A stretch of DNA of 64,000 nt from an uncultured Rhodothermaceae bacterium (GCA_964525535.1 CAZGHT010000004.1:23902-87901); one strand, 5' to 3'. Positions 30,713-44,267 are shown, numbered from the stretch's first letter. Notes: generated from the letters alone by a model not told the origin. Numbers and translations: made by a program.

Positions 30713-32143
30713 TCATTCAACCAGTGTGCCAGCCTGGGATTCTTGGACCAGGATGCCGCACGTGTCGAGCAGTCTGAGTATAGAGACGTTAAATGTTCTC
30801 ACTGCTTCATAATAGGCAGCTTCGAGTTGAAGGCTGACCTGGACCGCACGCACCAGGTTTTCGGTATCCCCGAGGTCGAAGTCGAAATTATTCATCTCTG
30901 TCATCAGCCAGTTTCTACTTATACGCAAGGATTCGTCCTGAGCTTCAAGGGCTTTATTTTGGATGATGAAATTCCGGTAGGCTTCTTCGACTTCGAAGAG
31001 GATGAGCAGGTGAGCGGCTTCTTGCTGGTACCCGACCTGATTCAACTCTGCACGAGCCTGATCGACGCGAGCTCTGGTCTGCAAAAAGTTGAGATTCTGG
31101 CGGATACCGAGTCCGGCGGTAAACGAACGACCTCGAAAAGGGTCTCCCACGTAGGGGGACGGTTGCCGGAATCGTCCCTCTGCGTAAGAAAGCCGACCGG
31201 TAAAGCCTACGAACAGCTTCGGGAAAAAGTTGGATTTTGCGACGTCGAGCAAAGCGGATCGAGCGATGCGGCCGGCTCGTGCCTGGGCAAGTTCAGGCCG
31301 GTTGGCGAGGGCAATCTGGATGTACGTGTCGAGCGAGTCGAGCGTAAACGCGATAGGTTCGAGAATACTACGTTCGGGAACCACGATAGATTCTTCAGGC
31401 AGATTGAGTTGTCGCTTCAACGCAGACCGGGCCACTTCGCGTTGCTGGTCGACCTCCACGACGCGTCGGAAGAATTCCTGCTCCGAAATTTGAACCTGGA
31501 AGAGGTCGGCATCGTCCACATCCTCATCCCCTTCCAGAAGAAGGCGGTTGATTTCATCTTTCGCCTGGTTCAGTACATCCCCGATGCGGTCGGTCAGCCG
31601 GTAGAGTTCTTCCGTGAGCAACAGGTTTATGAACAGTTCGCCGGTTCGGAGAGCGATTTCCGACTCTTTGTCTCGAACGGAGGCCTCCTCTACATCTATG
31701 CCCGAGCGGGCCGCTTTGATATTGTTGGATAGCTCTCCCCAGGTATAAATCGGTTGGATGGCCTCCGCTTCGAGCAGTGTGAAGAGGCCCAGGTTGTCCC
31801 AGTCATTAGCTACATCCGGGTCCAGGTACAACGCATCAGTGGACGTTCCTTCTTCGACGCCCTTGAGACCCGGGGCCAACGAATGGCCCGTTGTGAGCTG
31901 CAGATCGGGCAAGAACTGGCTGGAGCGGGCAAAGTTATACCGGGCAGCAGCGAAAGCTTTGCTGGATTCTACGTCCTGAACTTCCGGGCTCCCGTCTAAA
32001 GCGCTCCGAATTGCCGAAGTCAGGTCGACGTATATCGTATCCGAAGCGGGCCCTTGTTGCGCGAGAAGAAGAACGGGATGGAAAAGACTGAAGAAGGCGA
32101 GAAGTGCTGTCAGCGAAATAAGCGAGGGTACGTAAGCGTTCAT
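30713..32143 (-). CDS. TolC-family outer-membrane efflux protein
   Basis: ATG at 32143 gives a signal peptide. Two-repeat coiled-coil/beta-barrel pattern with conserved A..Y...A, LP.L....Y and L....A...A segments typical of OEP/TolC. Confidence 0.85.
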   Translation of the reverse strand: MNAYVPSLISLTALLAFFSLFHPVLLLAQQGPASDTIYVDLTSAIRSALDGSPEVQDVESSKAFAAARYNFARSSQFLPDLQLTTGHSLAPGLKGVEEGTSTDALYLDPDVANDWDNLGLFTLLEAEAIQPIYTWGELSNNIKAARSGIDVEEASVRDKESEIALRTGELFINLLLTEELYRLTDRIGDVLNQAKDEINRLLLEGDEDVDDADLFQVQISEQEFFRRVVEVDQQREVARSALKRQLNLPEESIVVPERSILEPIAFTLDSLDTYIQIALANRPELAQARAGRIARSALLDVAKSNFFPKLFVGFTGRLSYAEGRFRQPSPYVGDPFRGRSFTAGLGIRQNLNFLQTRARVDQARAELNQVGYQQEAAHLLILFEVEEAYRNFIIQNKALEAQDESLRISRNWLMTEMNNFDFDLGDTENLVRAVQVSLQLEAAYYEAVRTFNVSILRLLDTCGILVQESQAGTLVE

Positions 32144-32230
32144 AGCTTGATTATCATCAGCGGGTATTGATATACTTAGTACATCGAGCCGGATTCCGGG
32201 GCTCGGGGTACCCATTTGTCTGGACAGCAC

Positions 32231-32515
32231 ATGCAACAACCTAAGTCGTTAGGGGAAGCTATCAGTGAAGCGATAGAACAATTAGGCATTCAGCGGAAGC
32301 TGAACGAAGCGCGTATCATCGAGGCCTGGCATAAGATAGCCGGCCCTTCGATACGGGAAGTAACGGAGTCAGTATGGATAGATCGTGAAAAACTGATCGT
32401 AAAGCTCTCATCTGCGGTATGGCGCCAGGAGTTACAATTACAGCGAGAAGCCTGGTTGCATCGTTTGCGCGAGGAAGCCGGTCTTAATACGATTAAAGAG
32501 ATCGTATTCAGGTAA
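32231..32515 (+). CDS. DUF721 (DciA-like) protein
   Basis: EAWHKIAGPSIREVTESVWIDREKLIVKLSSAVWRQEL matches the DUF721 pattern. ATG at 32231 preferred to TTG at 32216. Confidence 0.75.
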   Translation: MQQPKSLGEAISEAIEQLGIQRKLNEARIIEAWHKIAGPSIREVTESVWIDREKLIVKLSSAVWRQELQLQREAWLHRLREEAGLNTIKEIVFR

Positions 32516-32526
32516 TCCCGACGGTT

Positions 32527-33786
32527 TTACTCTTCGTATTTCTTGAAGGCTACGGAGGTGTTGTGACCTCCAAATCCAAAAGCATTGCTTATCGCAACGT
32601 GTACCGATCGATCCTGAGGCTTATTAAACGTATAGTTCAGGTCACAATGGGGATCCGGGTTCGAGAAGTTGATCGTAGGAGGAATTCTATCGTGGGTGAT
32701 GGCTTTGATGGCTGCCACGGCTTCTATGGCCCCCGCTGCACCCAGCAAATGGCCGGTCATGCTTTTCGTTGAAGATACGTTCATCGAATACGCGTGCTCT
32801 TTAAAAACCCTCTTGATAGCCTCGGTTTCGGCCTGGTCACCGAGGGGTGTAGAGGTCCCGTGCATATTCAGATAATCAACGTCCTCAATGCTCAGCCGGG
32901 CATCGTGGAGGACCGATTCCATCGAAAGCCTCGCTCCGTTGCCGTCCGGATCGGGCGCCGTCTGGTGGTACGCATCAGCGGACATACCTATGCCCAGAAC
33001 CTCGGCGTGAATGCGCGCCCCGCGCGCTTGAGCGTGTTCGAGCCGCTCGAGGAACAGGGCGCCGGCGCCTTCGCCCAGAACAAAGCCATCGCGCGTGGCA
33101 TCGAAGGGACGACTCGCTGTTTCCGGATCGTCATTTCGGGTGGATAGCGCCTTCATGGCTCCAAATCCACCGATGCCCAGCTGCGTGATGGCCGCTTCAC
33201 TCCCACCGCATACAGCGGCGTCGACCATCCCTCGCTGTATGAGCATGATCGCATCCCCGATGTTGTTGTTGCCCGTAGCACAGGCAGAGACGATACAATA
33301 ATTGGGGCCTCTGAACCCGTATCGTATCGAAATATGCCCACTGGCGATATCGGGTATCAGCATGGGAATAAAAAACGGGCTGATTCGGCGGGGTCCCTGC
33401 TCTTTGTGGGTCTCAGCCTGCTCTTGAAAGGTCTGAATGCCGCCGATACCGCTCCCGAAAATGACGGCTGTGCGATCTTTTTGCTCGGTAGTCAAGGCAT
33501 CTACATCGATGCTGGCATCTTCGATCGCCTGTTCCGCTGCAATGATCGCGTACTGGGTGAAACGATCTACACGGCGAGCCGACTTTCGATCCATGTAATC
33601 GAGGGCATCAAACGATTTCAATTCACAGGCAAACTGGGTCGAATAAGGCTCTGGATCGAAATACGTGATCCTGGAGGCGCCACTCTTGCCGGCCATTAAT
33701 CCTTCCCAGAAGGAATCGACGGTAAGCCCGATGGGAGTGAGTGCACCCATTCCGGTAACAACAACCCTTGGCAATCCGTTATGCAT
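32527..33786 (-). CDS. fabF: beta-ketoacyl-ACP synthase II
   Basis: RVVVTGMGALTP, active-site SACATG, NMHGTSTPLGD, GHLLGAAG, NAFGFGGHN. ATG at 33786 (the track start at 33792 is TTG). Confidence 0.95.
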   Translation of the reverse strand: MHNGLPRVVVTGMGALTPIGLTVDSFWEGLMAGKSGASRITYFDPEPYSTQFACELKSFDALDYMDRKSARRVDRFTQYAIIAAEQAIEDASIDVDALTTEQKDRTAVIFGSGIGGIQTFQEQAETHKEQGPRRISPFFIPMLIPDIASGHISIRYGFRGPNYCIVSACATGNNNIGDAIMLIQRGMVDAAVCGGSEAAITQLGIGGFGAMKALSTRNDDPETASRPFDATRDGFVLGEGAGALFLERLEHAQARGARIHAEVLGIGMSADAYHQTAPDPDGNGARLSMESVLHDARLSIEDVDYLNMHGTSTPLGDQAETEAIKRVFKEHAYSMNVSSTKSMTGHLLGAAGAIEAVAAIKAITHDRIPPTINFSNPDPHCDLNYTFNKPQDRSVHVAISNAFGFGGHNTSVAFKKYEE

Positions 33787-33887
33787 ATGCAATAGGATGA
33801 TTTCTGGACGAAAAAAACGAACGATACGGGGGAGCCATCCCGCAGTGGAATCTTAGAGACCTCCCATAGGGCGCTCGGCCCGGACGA

Positions 33888-34130
33888 TCAGGATGCCGCC
33901 GTTTTTTCGCTCAGATATTTGATAGCTTCCCCAACCGTGGAGATCTTCTCGGCGTCTTCGTCGGGAATTGTTACATCAAATTCCTTCTCGAATTCCATGA
34001 TCAGCTCTACCGTATCGAGCGAGTCTGCCCCCAGATCGTTTGTGAAAGAGGCCTCATGCACAACATCCTCGTCTTCGACACCCAGCTTCTCGACAATCAG
34101 AGTTTTTACTTTGGATTCAAGGTCTGCCAT
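33888..34130 (-). CDS. acpP: acyl carrier protein
   Basis: [16 protein letters not shown] phosphopantetheine-attachment motif. ATG at 34130 (the track start at 34139 is TTG). Immediately upstream of fabF. Confidence 0.95.
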   Translation of the reverse strand: MADLESKVKTLIVEKLGVEDEDVVHEASFTNDLGADSLDTVELIMEFEKEFDVTIPDEDAEKISTVGEAIKYLSEKTAAS

Positions 34131-34562
34131 AGTACTCAAGTATTTGATAAGGTAAAAGGGGTTTAGAGGGACCTACGGTCGGGCCATGGTCCGGGGAACA
34201 TGATACGAGCGAACGTTTCTATAGTCCAGTACCGAGGGACGAATACCCCCTCGGTAAGGCGCATTAAATTAAAACAAGCCCCTGGCAGAAGCAACTCAGG
34301 GGGCCGCCGCCAAAATGAGCCGTCTTGTATGGCAAATGATTTAAGAAGTTTCTCTGTGGGATGCAGGTGTCGCATACGCCCTCTAATACGCCCGTGAGCG
34401 GCGAATAATTTGGGTGTCAGGAAACTAAGAGGGTAGGCAATTCATTTTGATTTCCCCGATACTTCCTTTTTACTCAGCGAACAGTGGGACCGACTCCTCT
34501 TTCGGACCGTATGTTGTTCGATGTTTCGTTAACTATTACTGCTTTAACCAACCCCTATTTTC

Positions 34563-35732
34563 ATGGCCTACCTATTTACCTCCGAATCCGTGTCCGAAGG
34601 TCACCCTGATAAGATTGCCGATCAGATTTCAGATGCTATTCTGGATGCATACCTCGAAAAAGATCCAAAGAGCCGCGTCGCCGTAGAAACACTGGTTACG
34701 ACGGGGCTTGTTGTGCTGGCTGGTGAAGTAACTTCCCAGGCCCAGATCGATGCTCAGGCCATAGTACGTCAGACAATTCGTGACATCGGATACACGGACC
34801 CCCGTCTCTGTTTCGATGCAGACTCGTGCGGCGTAGTCAACAGCATACACGGGCAGAGTCCCGATATCAGCCAGGGTGTGAGCGAAGGAACAGGCCTTCA
34901 CGAAGAACAGGGCGCTGGAGATCAAGGCCTTATGTTCGGTTATGCCTGTCGGGAAACCCCCGAACTGATGCCGATGAGCCTGACGTTCTCCCATAAGCTC
35001 GTCCAGGAACTTGCTCAGATCAGGAAGGGGGGGCAGGACATGACGTATTTACGTCCGGATTCGAAGAGCCAGGTCACTATCGAGTACGAGGATGACAGGC
35101 GAACGCCTCGTCGAGTTCACACGATCGTACTTTCCACGCAGCACGACGAGGAGGTTCAGCTTCGTCAGATCAAGGAGGATGTCCGGGATATTCTTATCCC
35201 GAGGGTTGTCCCGGAGCACTTAATTGACGACGACCTGATCCTGCACGTCAATCCAACGGGCCGTTTCGTTATCGGTGGTCCCCACGGGGATGCCGGACTT
35301 ACGGGACGGAAGATCATCGTCGATACTTACGGTGGAAAAGGAGCTCATGGCGGAGGTGCTTTCAGCGGTAAAGATCCGTCCAAGGTGGATCGTTCAGCGG
35401 CTTATGCCGCTCGTCACGTCGCCAAGAACCTCATCGCGGCCGGGCTGGCGGAGGAGGTGCTCGTACAGATTGCGTATGCCATAGGTGTTGCAGCGCCGAT
35501 ATCTGTGGATGTGAATACGTTTGGTACTGGAGTTGCAGCGGATCAGCACCTCGTCACGTTGGTCAGGGATTCGTTCGATTTACGCCCGGCTGCGATTATC
35601 GAACGACTTGATCTACTGAAACCAGGGTACAAAGCGACGGCAGCATACGGTCACTTCGGCCGTTCCGCGTTTTCGTGGGAGGCGCTCGATCATGTGGATC
35701 AGCTGAAAGGCGATGCTGTACAGTTTGCGTGA
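34563..35732 (+). CDS. metK: S-adenosylmethionine synthetase
   Basis: [42 protein letters not shown]. Confidence 0.97.
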   Translation: MAYLFTSESVSEGHPDKIADQISDAILDAYLEKDPKSRVAVETLVTTGLVVLAGEVTSQAQIDAQAIVRQTIRDIGYTDPRLCFDADSCGVVNSIHGQSPDISQGVSEGTGLHEEQGAGDQGLMFGYACRETPELMPMSLTFSHKLVQELAQIRKGGQDMTYLRPDSKSQVTIEYEDDRRTPRRVHTIVLSTQHDEEVQLRQIKEDVRDILIPRVVPEHLIDDDLILHVNPTGRFVIGGPHGDAGLTGRKIIVDTYGGKGAHGGGAFSGKDPSKVDRSAAYAARHVAKNLIAAGLAEEVLVQIAYAIGVAAPISVDVNTFGTGVAADQHLVTLVRDSFDLRPAAIIERLDLLKPGYKATAAYGHFGRSAFSWEALDHVDQLKGDAVQFA

Positions 35733-35782
35733 GTAATCCTGGCCAGGCTTGAAAAGGATATATATCTTACGGTAAAGTGCAA

Positions 35783-38700
35783 ATGCTGTACCGCTGGTTT
35801 TACAGGAGGAGAGTCATACGCTCCGTTTTTGTTGTGGTCTGTGCATGGGGGTTCATGCTTGGGAATGCTCAGGCACAGACCCCCCCGTCGCAGAAGCCTG
35901 TAAACCCCGGCCCACAGACCGTGAATGCGCTCATGCAGCAGAGCGATACACTCATTCAGTATCGCACGCGGCCGGCGACGAACGGCCGAATCGACGTCGA
36001 AACCGGTGCATTTCGGGCTCTATATCGCCAGCAAGAAGCGCCCGTCCCGGGTCCGTTTACGTCCCCAGCTCGTCAGGCGCTGGCCTACGTACACACCTAC
36101 GAAGCGCTTCTGGGCGTCGAGTCCCCCTTAACCACCTTGCGGGAGCACAGCACGGTTTCGACCCCGTATAGCCATCACGTTACCTACCGTCAATACTTCG
36201 AAGGGATACCGGTATACAACAGCTACGTCAAAGTAAACCTGAACCGGGAAGGCGAGGTCACCCTGGTGCTCAATGGTTATGCGTCCCATGTGAACACGAC
36301 TCCTCTCAGCAGCATGCAGCCTGTACTGACGGAGCAGATGGCCATGGAACGCGCTCGGAGCGAGCTCGCGGCAACTATCGTAGATACGTCCACGCCCGAA
36401 CGGGTCATTGTCCCTTCGAAGCCGGCCCGGCTTGCCTGGCGTATGGTGGCATGGACGTCAAATCCGTCGCGCGAACTCGACATACTCATCGATGCCCGGG
36501 ATGGCGCTCTTCTCGCTATCTACCCGTTGAGTACACACGCCCACAGGGCGTCAGGGCATACGGAGAGCGATGCCGCAAGTCCGGGGGTAGGGCCTGCTCA
36601 ACCTGGCAATCGTTCGGTAACTTCAGAGCGGCATCTTGCGGAGACTTTTGTAGAGCCGCTCGCGAGGGCGGTCGGTACCGGATACGTGTTCGACCCCGAT
36701 CCGCTCACCACATCTTCCCGGTTCTACGGCCCTCCTTTCGTGGACGGTAACGATGCGGGCGTCTCAGAGGTCGATGCCGAACGGATTCTGGTACAGCTAC
36801 CAGACATCACACAGGGGGGCGACGGGTTGTATCGCCTTATCGGTCCCCACGTGCAGATTGTGGGGACCACGGCGCGCGGCGGCGTCAATTACGAGCCGCC
36901 GGCGGTCTCCTCCCCTGACGATTTTCGCTTCAGTCGGAGTGAACCCTTTTTCGAAGCGGTAAATGCGTATTACCATATTGACAAAAGCCAGCGTTACGTC
37001 CAGTCGCTGGGCCTGGGTAGGGATATTCAGAACGTATCGCTTCGCGTTAATCCGCATGGGATGGGCGACGAGGACAACTCTCAATACTCCTCATTTCAGA
37101 ACTTCATCGAGTTTGGATTGGGAGGTGTTGACGATGCCGAGGATGCCTTCGTCATCTGGCATGAATACGGCCATGCGCTGCTGGAAGGAAGCGCTCCTGG
37201 CTTGTTGGGCACGTTTGAAGGACGGGCGCTGCACGAAGGCTGGGCGGATTACTGGGCCGCCTCGTATTCGAGGGAGATCCAGGAGTTAAATGCGTCACAT
37301 CGTTCCGATTGGCAGTCCTTCTTCAAGTGGGATAGCGGTGATGGGACGATATGGGCGGGTCGACAGCTCGGGTTTGCAGGGACCTACCCGGACGATGTGT
37401 ATTGCGACGAAGGTGGGTTCTTTTGCGACATTTATGCCGACGGCATGTTGTGGGCAACCACCCTGATGCAGGTGTACGATGTGTTGGGACGTACGATCAC
37501 CGATCGATTGAATCTGGCCTCTCATATTTATCTCGCACCGCCTCTGACGTTTCGAGATGCAGCTGAAGCTGTAATTCAGGCGGACGTCGATCTTTATGGG
37601 GGCGCACACATCGGCTTCCTCGCTCAGTTATTTGCGGAACGGGGGCTGGTTACCAACACACTTGGCCCGGTTATCGTTCATGAGCCCCTCAAGGCCACTG
37701 AACAACTGGAAGGCACGGTGCCCTTGCGTGTGGAGGCAACCGGGCTCTTCTCAGAGATCGAACGCGTTTTCGTGGTGTATACCCACCCAGGCGCTGATGC
37801 GGATACGCTGGACCTCGCTATCAATGCAGATAGCGTTTTCGTTGCAAACCTTCCCCTGCCGTCTACTCCTGGATCCGTGTCGTATTATATCGGCGCATTT
37901 GATGAACTCGACCTGTTTACCACGGACCCACTGGGAGCTCCAGGTCAATTGTACTCGTTCGACGTCGGGCCGGATACCTCCCCTCCAACGATACAACACA
38001 CGCCGCTCACGACCCTTGCGATCAGCGACTGGCCAGCCTCGGTATCGGCAGACGTACAGGATAACCTGAGTGTGGATTCTGTCCAGGTGATGTACTACGT
38101 CGAAGATCCCGCGGGTAACAGAGTCGACGAAGATCAATTCGGCCTGAAGTTTACTTCGGCCGGGTACCGAGGGACGTTCCCCACTTCTCTGGATCTCATA
38201 CAGCCGGGCAGCACCGTCTTCTACCAGATCAGGGCCATCGACGAAGCACAGGCGCAAAATGTGGCCGTCGACCCGGAGAGCGATTACCATTCGTTTGACG
38301 TTGTGCTCAAAGACGGACTTTTTGTGGAATATGATATCGAACGGGATGAGCCTGGGGTTGTAAAGAGTGGGAGCTGGGCGCGCGGAGAACCTGCGTACGG
38401 ATTACGTGTGGCTCATTCGGGCCGAAATGTGTATGCTACCCATCCGGCCGCACCTTATCAGGAGATCTCTCAGCGTTCTTCCTTGACGCTTCCGCCCGTT
38501 AACCTCCAGGGCATTGAGCAGGCCTATCTCGTTTTCTGGCACTGGTTTGAAATAGAACATGCAGGGGATGCAACGCCTGATGGAGACAGCAGTGCGGTTT
38601 TGTGGGATGGGGGCAATGTCAAGGTGTCAACGGACGATGGGGCTACATGGGATGTATTATCCCCCCTTACCGGATACAACGGGCGCATTGCCGAGGGGCG

Positions 38701-40015
38701 GGGGAATCCTATGGAAGGAGAGCTCGCCTTCGGTGGGTTCAGCTATGGGTGGCGACAGGTCGTGATGCCTCTCCCCGGAAAAGAAGAAGTACGCTTGCGA
38801 TTTGACTTCGGGACGGATCTGGACAACGCCGGCGGCCGCCGGCCGGCAGGGTGGCACCTCGATGATCTGTCTGTCGTCGCCGAATTGACAGAAGACCCAT
38901 CCTATCCACGCGCCGTTCAGCTTCCCGAAGCGGTGAGAGTGCGAGATGTGGGAGCTGCGCCGCCCCCCGTTTTTGCGAATATATTCGATAACGTGGGCCT
39001 GTCGGAAGTACAGGTGGAATATACATACCACGATATCGATGCTGGGGAACAGGAAGGGATATTCCGCCTCGTAATGGATTCGACGCTGATCTCCGGATTT
39101 TATGGAGCTTTTCCAGGTGATTACTCTCAGGCACAGGTTGGAGACAGCATCACTTATCGATTTGTGGCCAGGGATTTTGCAGGAAATACATCCGTGTTCC
39201 CGAATCGACTCCAGCCGCCACTGCGCGTCGAGTACAGGCTGCGAGATCGCATCAATCTGCTGACCCGCGTTCAAGCAACCGGACTATGGCGAAGAGAAAA
39301 CGACCTCTGGCTGGTGGAAAGCTCGGATGTTATAGCGGGCGTATCGAGTCTGGTTGTCGGTCCGGTCGATCTGCCCCGAGACGTCGATCAGATAGCGCTT
39401 TCTATGGCTTTCGAGCAGTTAATCGCCGAAAACCATGGAGGCAATGTCAAATTTTCTACGGATAGCGCTCGTCAATGGCGTGTTTTGCTTCCAGAGTCAG
39501 GGTATGACGAAACACTCCCGGATGATGTGGGGATCCCAGAATCAATGAGGGGAGAAGAAGTGTTCAGCGGGCCCTGGATCGGCATCAGAGAGGTTAAATT
39601 CGACCTGGCAGACTATGCAGGGCAGCAACTCTGGTTCCGTATAGACTTTGCCACGGATGAGACCCCGGCCCAGAATGAAAAATGGCAAATCAATGAAGCA
39701 TCGATTCATTACAGTTCGCTCGTAGCCGTCGATGGGGAGTTCGATATCCCGCGAACCTTTGCCTTGCACGGCAACTTCCCTGACCCGTTTTCTTTCTCGA
39801 CCACGATCTCGTATACCCTTTCTCAAGCTTCGGACGTGCGTCTGGAACTGTTCGACGTGCTCGGAAGAAAAATTCAGACCCTTCTCCAGAGTCGCCAATC
39901 TGCCGGCAGTTATTCTCTGCTCTACGACGGTTCCCGTTTGTCGCCCGGCCTGTACCTGCTCCGGCTGGAAACAAACCAGGGTCATGATGTGGAACGTATC
40001 CTCGTTACGAGGTGA
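35783..40015 (+). CDS. large secreted M36 (fungalysin)-like zinc metalloprotease with T9SS C-terminal sorting domain
   Basis: Signal peptide. FTP/PepSY-like propeptide region. HEYGHALLE plus downstream EGWADYW (third ligand, as in M36). Two ...GGNVK(V/F)STD... modules. C-terminal FPDPFSFSTTISYTL...LELFDVLGRK...GLYLLRL (T9SS CTD). Confidence 0.85.
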   Translation: MLYRWFYRRRVIRSVFVVVCAWGFMLGNAQAQTPPSQKPVNPGPQTVNALMQQSDTLIQYRTRPATNGRIDVETGAFRALYRQQEAPVPGPFTSPARQALAYVHTYEALLGVESPLTTLREHSTVSTPYSHHVTYRQYFEGIPVYNSYVKVNLNREGEVTLVLNGYASHVNTTPLSSMQPVLTEQMAMERARSELAATIVDTSTPERVIVPSKPARLAWRMVAWTSNPSRELDILIDARDGALLAIYPLSTHAHRASGHTESDAASPGVGPAQPGNRSVTSERHLAETFVEPLARAVGTGYVFDPDPLTTSSRFYGPPFVDGNDAGVSEVDAERILVQLPDITQGGDGLYRLIGPHVQIVGTTARGGVNYEPPAVSSPDDFRFSRSEPFFEAVNAYYHIDKSQRYVQSLGLGRDIQNVSLRVNPHGMGDEDNSQYSSFQNFIEFGLGGVDDAEDAFVIWHEYGHALLEGSAPGLLGTFEGRALHEGWADYWAASYSREIQELNASHRSDWQSFFKWDSGDGTIWAGRQLGFAGTYPDDVYCDEGGFFCDIYADGMLWATTLMQVYDVLGRTITDRLNLASHIYLAPPLTFRDAAEAVIQADVDLYGGAHIGFLAQLFAERGLVTNTLGPVIVHEPLKATEQLEGTVPLRVEATGLFSEIERVFVVYTHPGADADTLDLAINADSVFVANLPLPSTPGSVSYYIGAFDELDLFTTDPLGAPGQLYSFDVGPDTSPPTIQHTPLTTLAISDWPASVSADVQDNLSVDSVQVMYYVEDPAGNRVDEDQFGLKFTSAGYRGTFPTSLDLIQPGSTVFYQIRAIDEAQAQNVAVDPESDYHSFDVVLKDGLFVEYDIERDEPGVVKSGSWARGEPAYGLRVAHSGRNVYATHPAAPYQEISQRSSLTLPPVNLQGIEQAYLVFWHWFEIEHAGDATPDGDSSAVLWDGGNVKVSTDDGATWDVLSPLTGYNGRIAEGRGNPMEGELAFGGFSYGWRQVVMPLPGKEEVRLRFDFGTDLDNAGGRRPAGWHLDDLSVVAELTEDPSYPRAVQLPEAVRVRDVGAAPPPVFANIFDNVGLSEVQVEYTYHDIDAGEQEGIFRLVMDSTLISGFYGAFPGDYSQAQVGDSITYRFVARDFAGNTSVFPNRLQPPLRVEYRLRDRINLLTRVQATGLWRRENDLWLVESSDVIAGVSSLVVGPVDLPRDVDQIALSMAFEQLIAENHGGNVKFSTDSARQWRVLLPESGYDETLPDDVGIPESMRGEEVFSGPWIGIREVKFDLADYAGQQLWFRIDFATDETPAQNEKWQINEASIHYSSLVAVDGEFDIPRTFALHGNFPDPFSFSTTISYTLSQASDVRLELFDVLGRKIQTLLQSRQSAGSYSLLYDGSRLSPGLYLLRLETNQGHDVERILVTR

Positions 40016-40123
40016 CGTTGCGCGAACGGTGCACAGTCCGCCATTTCGACGGTTGTGAGGTTCGCTCAGCAAACGGAAGCCGTTTAGGCCGGGCCTTGCG
40101 TAGCCGTCACGGAAGTGTAACGC
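40014..40123. repeat. degenerate copy of the GATGTTACGC-terminated element
   Basis: The left end GACGTTGCGCGAACGGTGCACAG matches the subfamily-1 arm GATGTTACGCGAACTGTGCACAG at 20/23 positions and begins inside the protease stop codon (TGA 40013..40015). Central AAACGG-AAG-CCGTTT hairpin. Right end poorly conserved (GTGTAACGCC). Confidence 0.4.
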
Positions 40124-40378
40124 CGGCGGGTCGTCCTGCACGACCCTCTACCACGTGATATACTGCTGTACGGGAATTCTACCGTGGAGCAATTTATTGA
40201 AGGCGGCGTATTATGAGTTTCTGATTAATACGCCATAGTTGCGTTCTTTGTATTGTTTTTTTCGATCACGAGGTGAAATTGCATGTTTATCGAACTCACG
40301 GTTCTATGCAGGTTTGGCCCTTTATGGCCTGAGTCATACGCAGAATGGCGTACATCCCGTTAACACCATTTCACGGCA

Positions 40379-41170
40379 GTGTTGCTGAAGGAACGAAACA
40401 TATTCTCCTTTTCATTTAGAGGTATTATCGATGGACTTTTGGGTCGTTCCCCAGTCCCGAGATCCGATAGGCCGCACCTTTCGAAAAATTCTATAGAAAA
40501 ACTGGTAGGATTCAGAATTTCAGACCTGGAAGTATATGAGCGAGCTATGATACACCGCTCCATGTTGCGCGGCGAAATTCCCCAGGCATTGAAATCGAAC
40601 GAACGGCTCGAGTTTCTCGGGGACGCCGTTCTGGGCTTCATCACCGCTGAGCACCTGTTTTCACGGTTTCCTGACAAAGACGAAGGCTTTCTGACCCGGC
40701 TCAGGGCCAAACTGGTTAATGGAAAAGCACTGGCTCAGTGTGCAGAAAGAATAAACCTGGGGTCGCTCATTTTGATGAGCAAAAACATGGATCAGGAGCG
40801 CGGCCGGCAGAATCGCACCATCCTGGCTGATGCTTTCGAAGCGCTGGTAGGCGCTATTTATCTCGATCAGGGCCTCGATATTGCCCGCATCTTCATTCAC
40901 CGGACGATGCTGGAGCAAGTGGACCTGTTAGAACTGGCTCATCAATACGACAATTATAAAAGTTTGCTCCTGGAATTCGCCCAGGCCCGCGGATGGCCTC
41001 AGCCCCAGTACCGGGTTGTGGTCGAAGAAGGACCCAGCCATGCTAAGACCTTTACCGTCGACGCTGTTCTCAAGGGAGAACCGAAAGGGCGTGGACAGGG
41101 AAACAGTAAAAAACTGGCAGAGCAGAGGGCGGCAAAGGAGGCTTTGATTCGTCTCCAAAAATCGCTCTGA
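40379..41170 (+). CDS. rnc: ribonuclease III
   Basis: ERLEFLGDAVLG signature, DAFEALVGAIYLD, C-terminal dsRBD (YKSLLLEFAQ...GNSKKLAEQRAAKEAL). GTG start; no upstream ATG in frame. Confidence 0.92.
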   Translation: MLLKERNIFSFSFRGIIDGLLGRSPVPRSDRPHLSKNSIEKLVGFRISDLEVYERAMIHRSMLRGEIPQALKSNERLEFLGDAVLGFITAEHLFSRFPDKDEGFLTRLRAKLVNGKALAQCAERINLGSLILMSKNMDQERGRQNRTILADAFEALVGAIYLDQGLDIARIFIHRTMLEQVDLLELAHQYDNYKSLLLEFAQARGWPQPQYRVVVEEGPSHAKTFTVDAVLKGEPKGRGQGNSKKLAEQRAAKEALIRLQKSL

Positions 41171-41387
41171 TGGCGCTCCGCGTGAGAATCGAATGGTGAC
41201 AGGATCAGATATTATGAAGATCAGATAGTGACCGTTATCGTGTGGAAACTTCCCCCGCACTCCGGTCTTAGAGGGGCGAAACGCTCATCACGATACGTTA
41301 CCCGCACACCAGGATTACCAGTGACTACCGCACGAGTTTAGCCACACTGGTTCTACTGAGGCAATTGCAACTATAAAGCCCGCACTC

Positions 41388-44267
<2,880 letters not shown>

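Noticed and set aside
34140-34562. Possible SAM riboswitch upstream of metK, or an RNA gene in the acpP-metK spacer
   Set aside because: I looked for the SAM-I core (GAGGGA...GCAACC, kink-turn, AGA-rich junction) and for SRP/6S-like features and did not find them. Only an isolated ACCGAGGG-N8-CCCTCGGT hairpin (about 34230-34255) is present. An Rfam scan would be decisive.
40205-40234. GGCGTATTA-N12-TAATACGCC hairpin followed by T-rich sequence upstream of rnc
   Set aside because: It is a plausible terminator for the protease gene, but the T-run is 15+ nt away and interrupted, so I did not call it as a feature.
41171-41387. Possible glycine riboswitch upstream of gcvP
   Set aside because: No tandem GGAGAG...CACCGAAGGGGCAA-type aptamer cores are visible.
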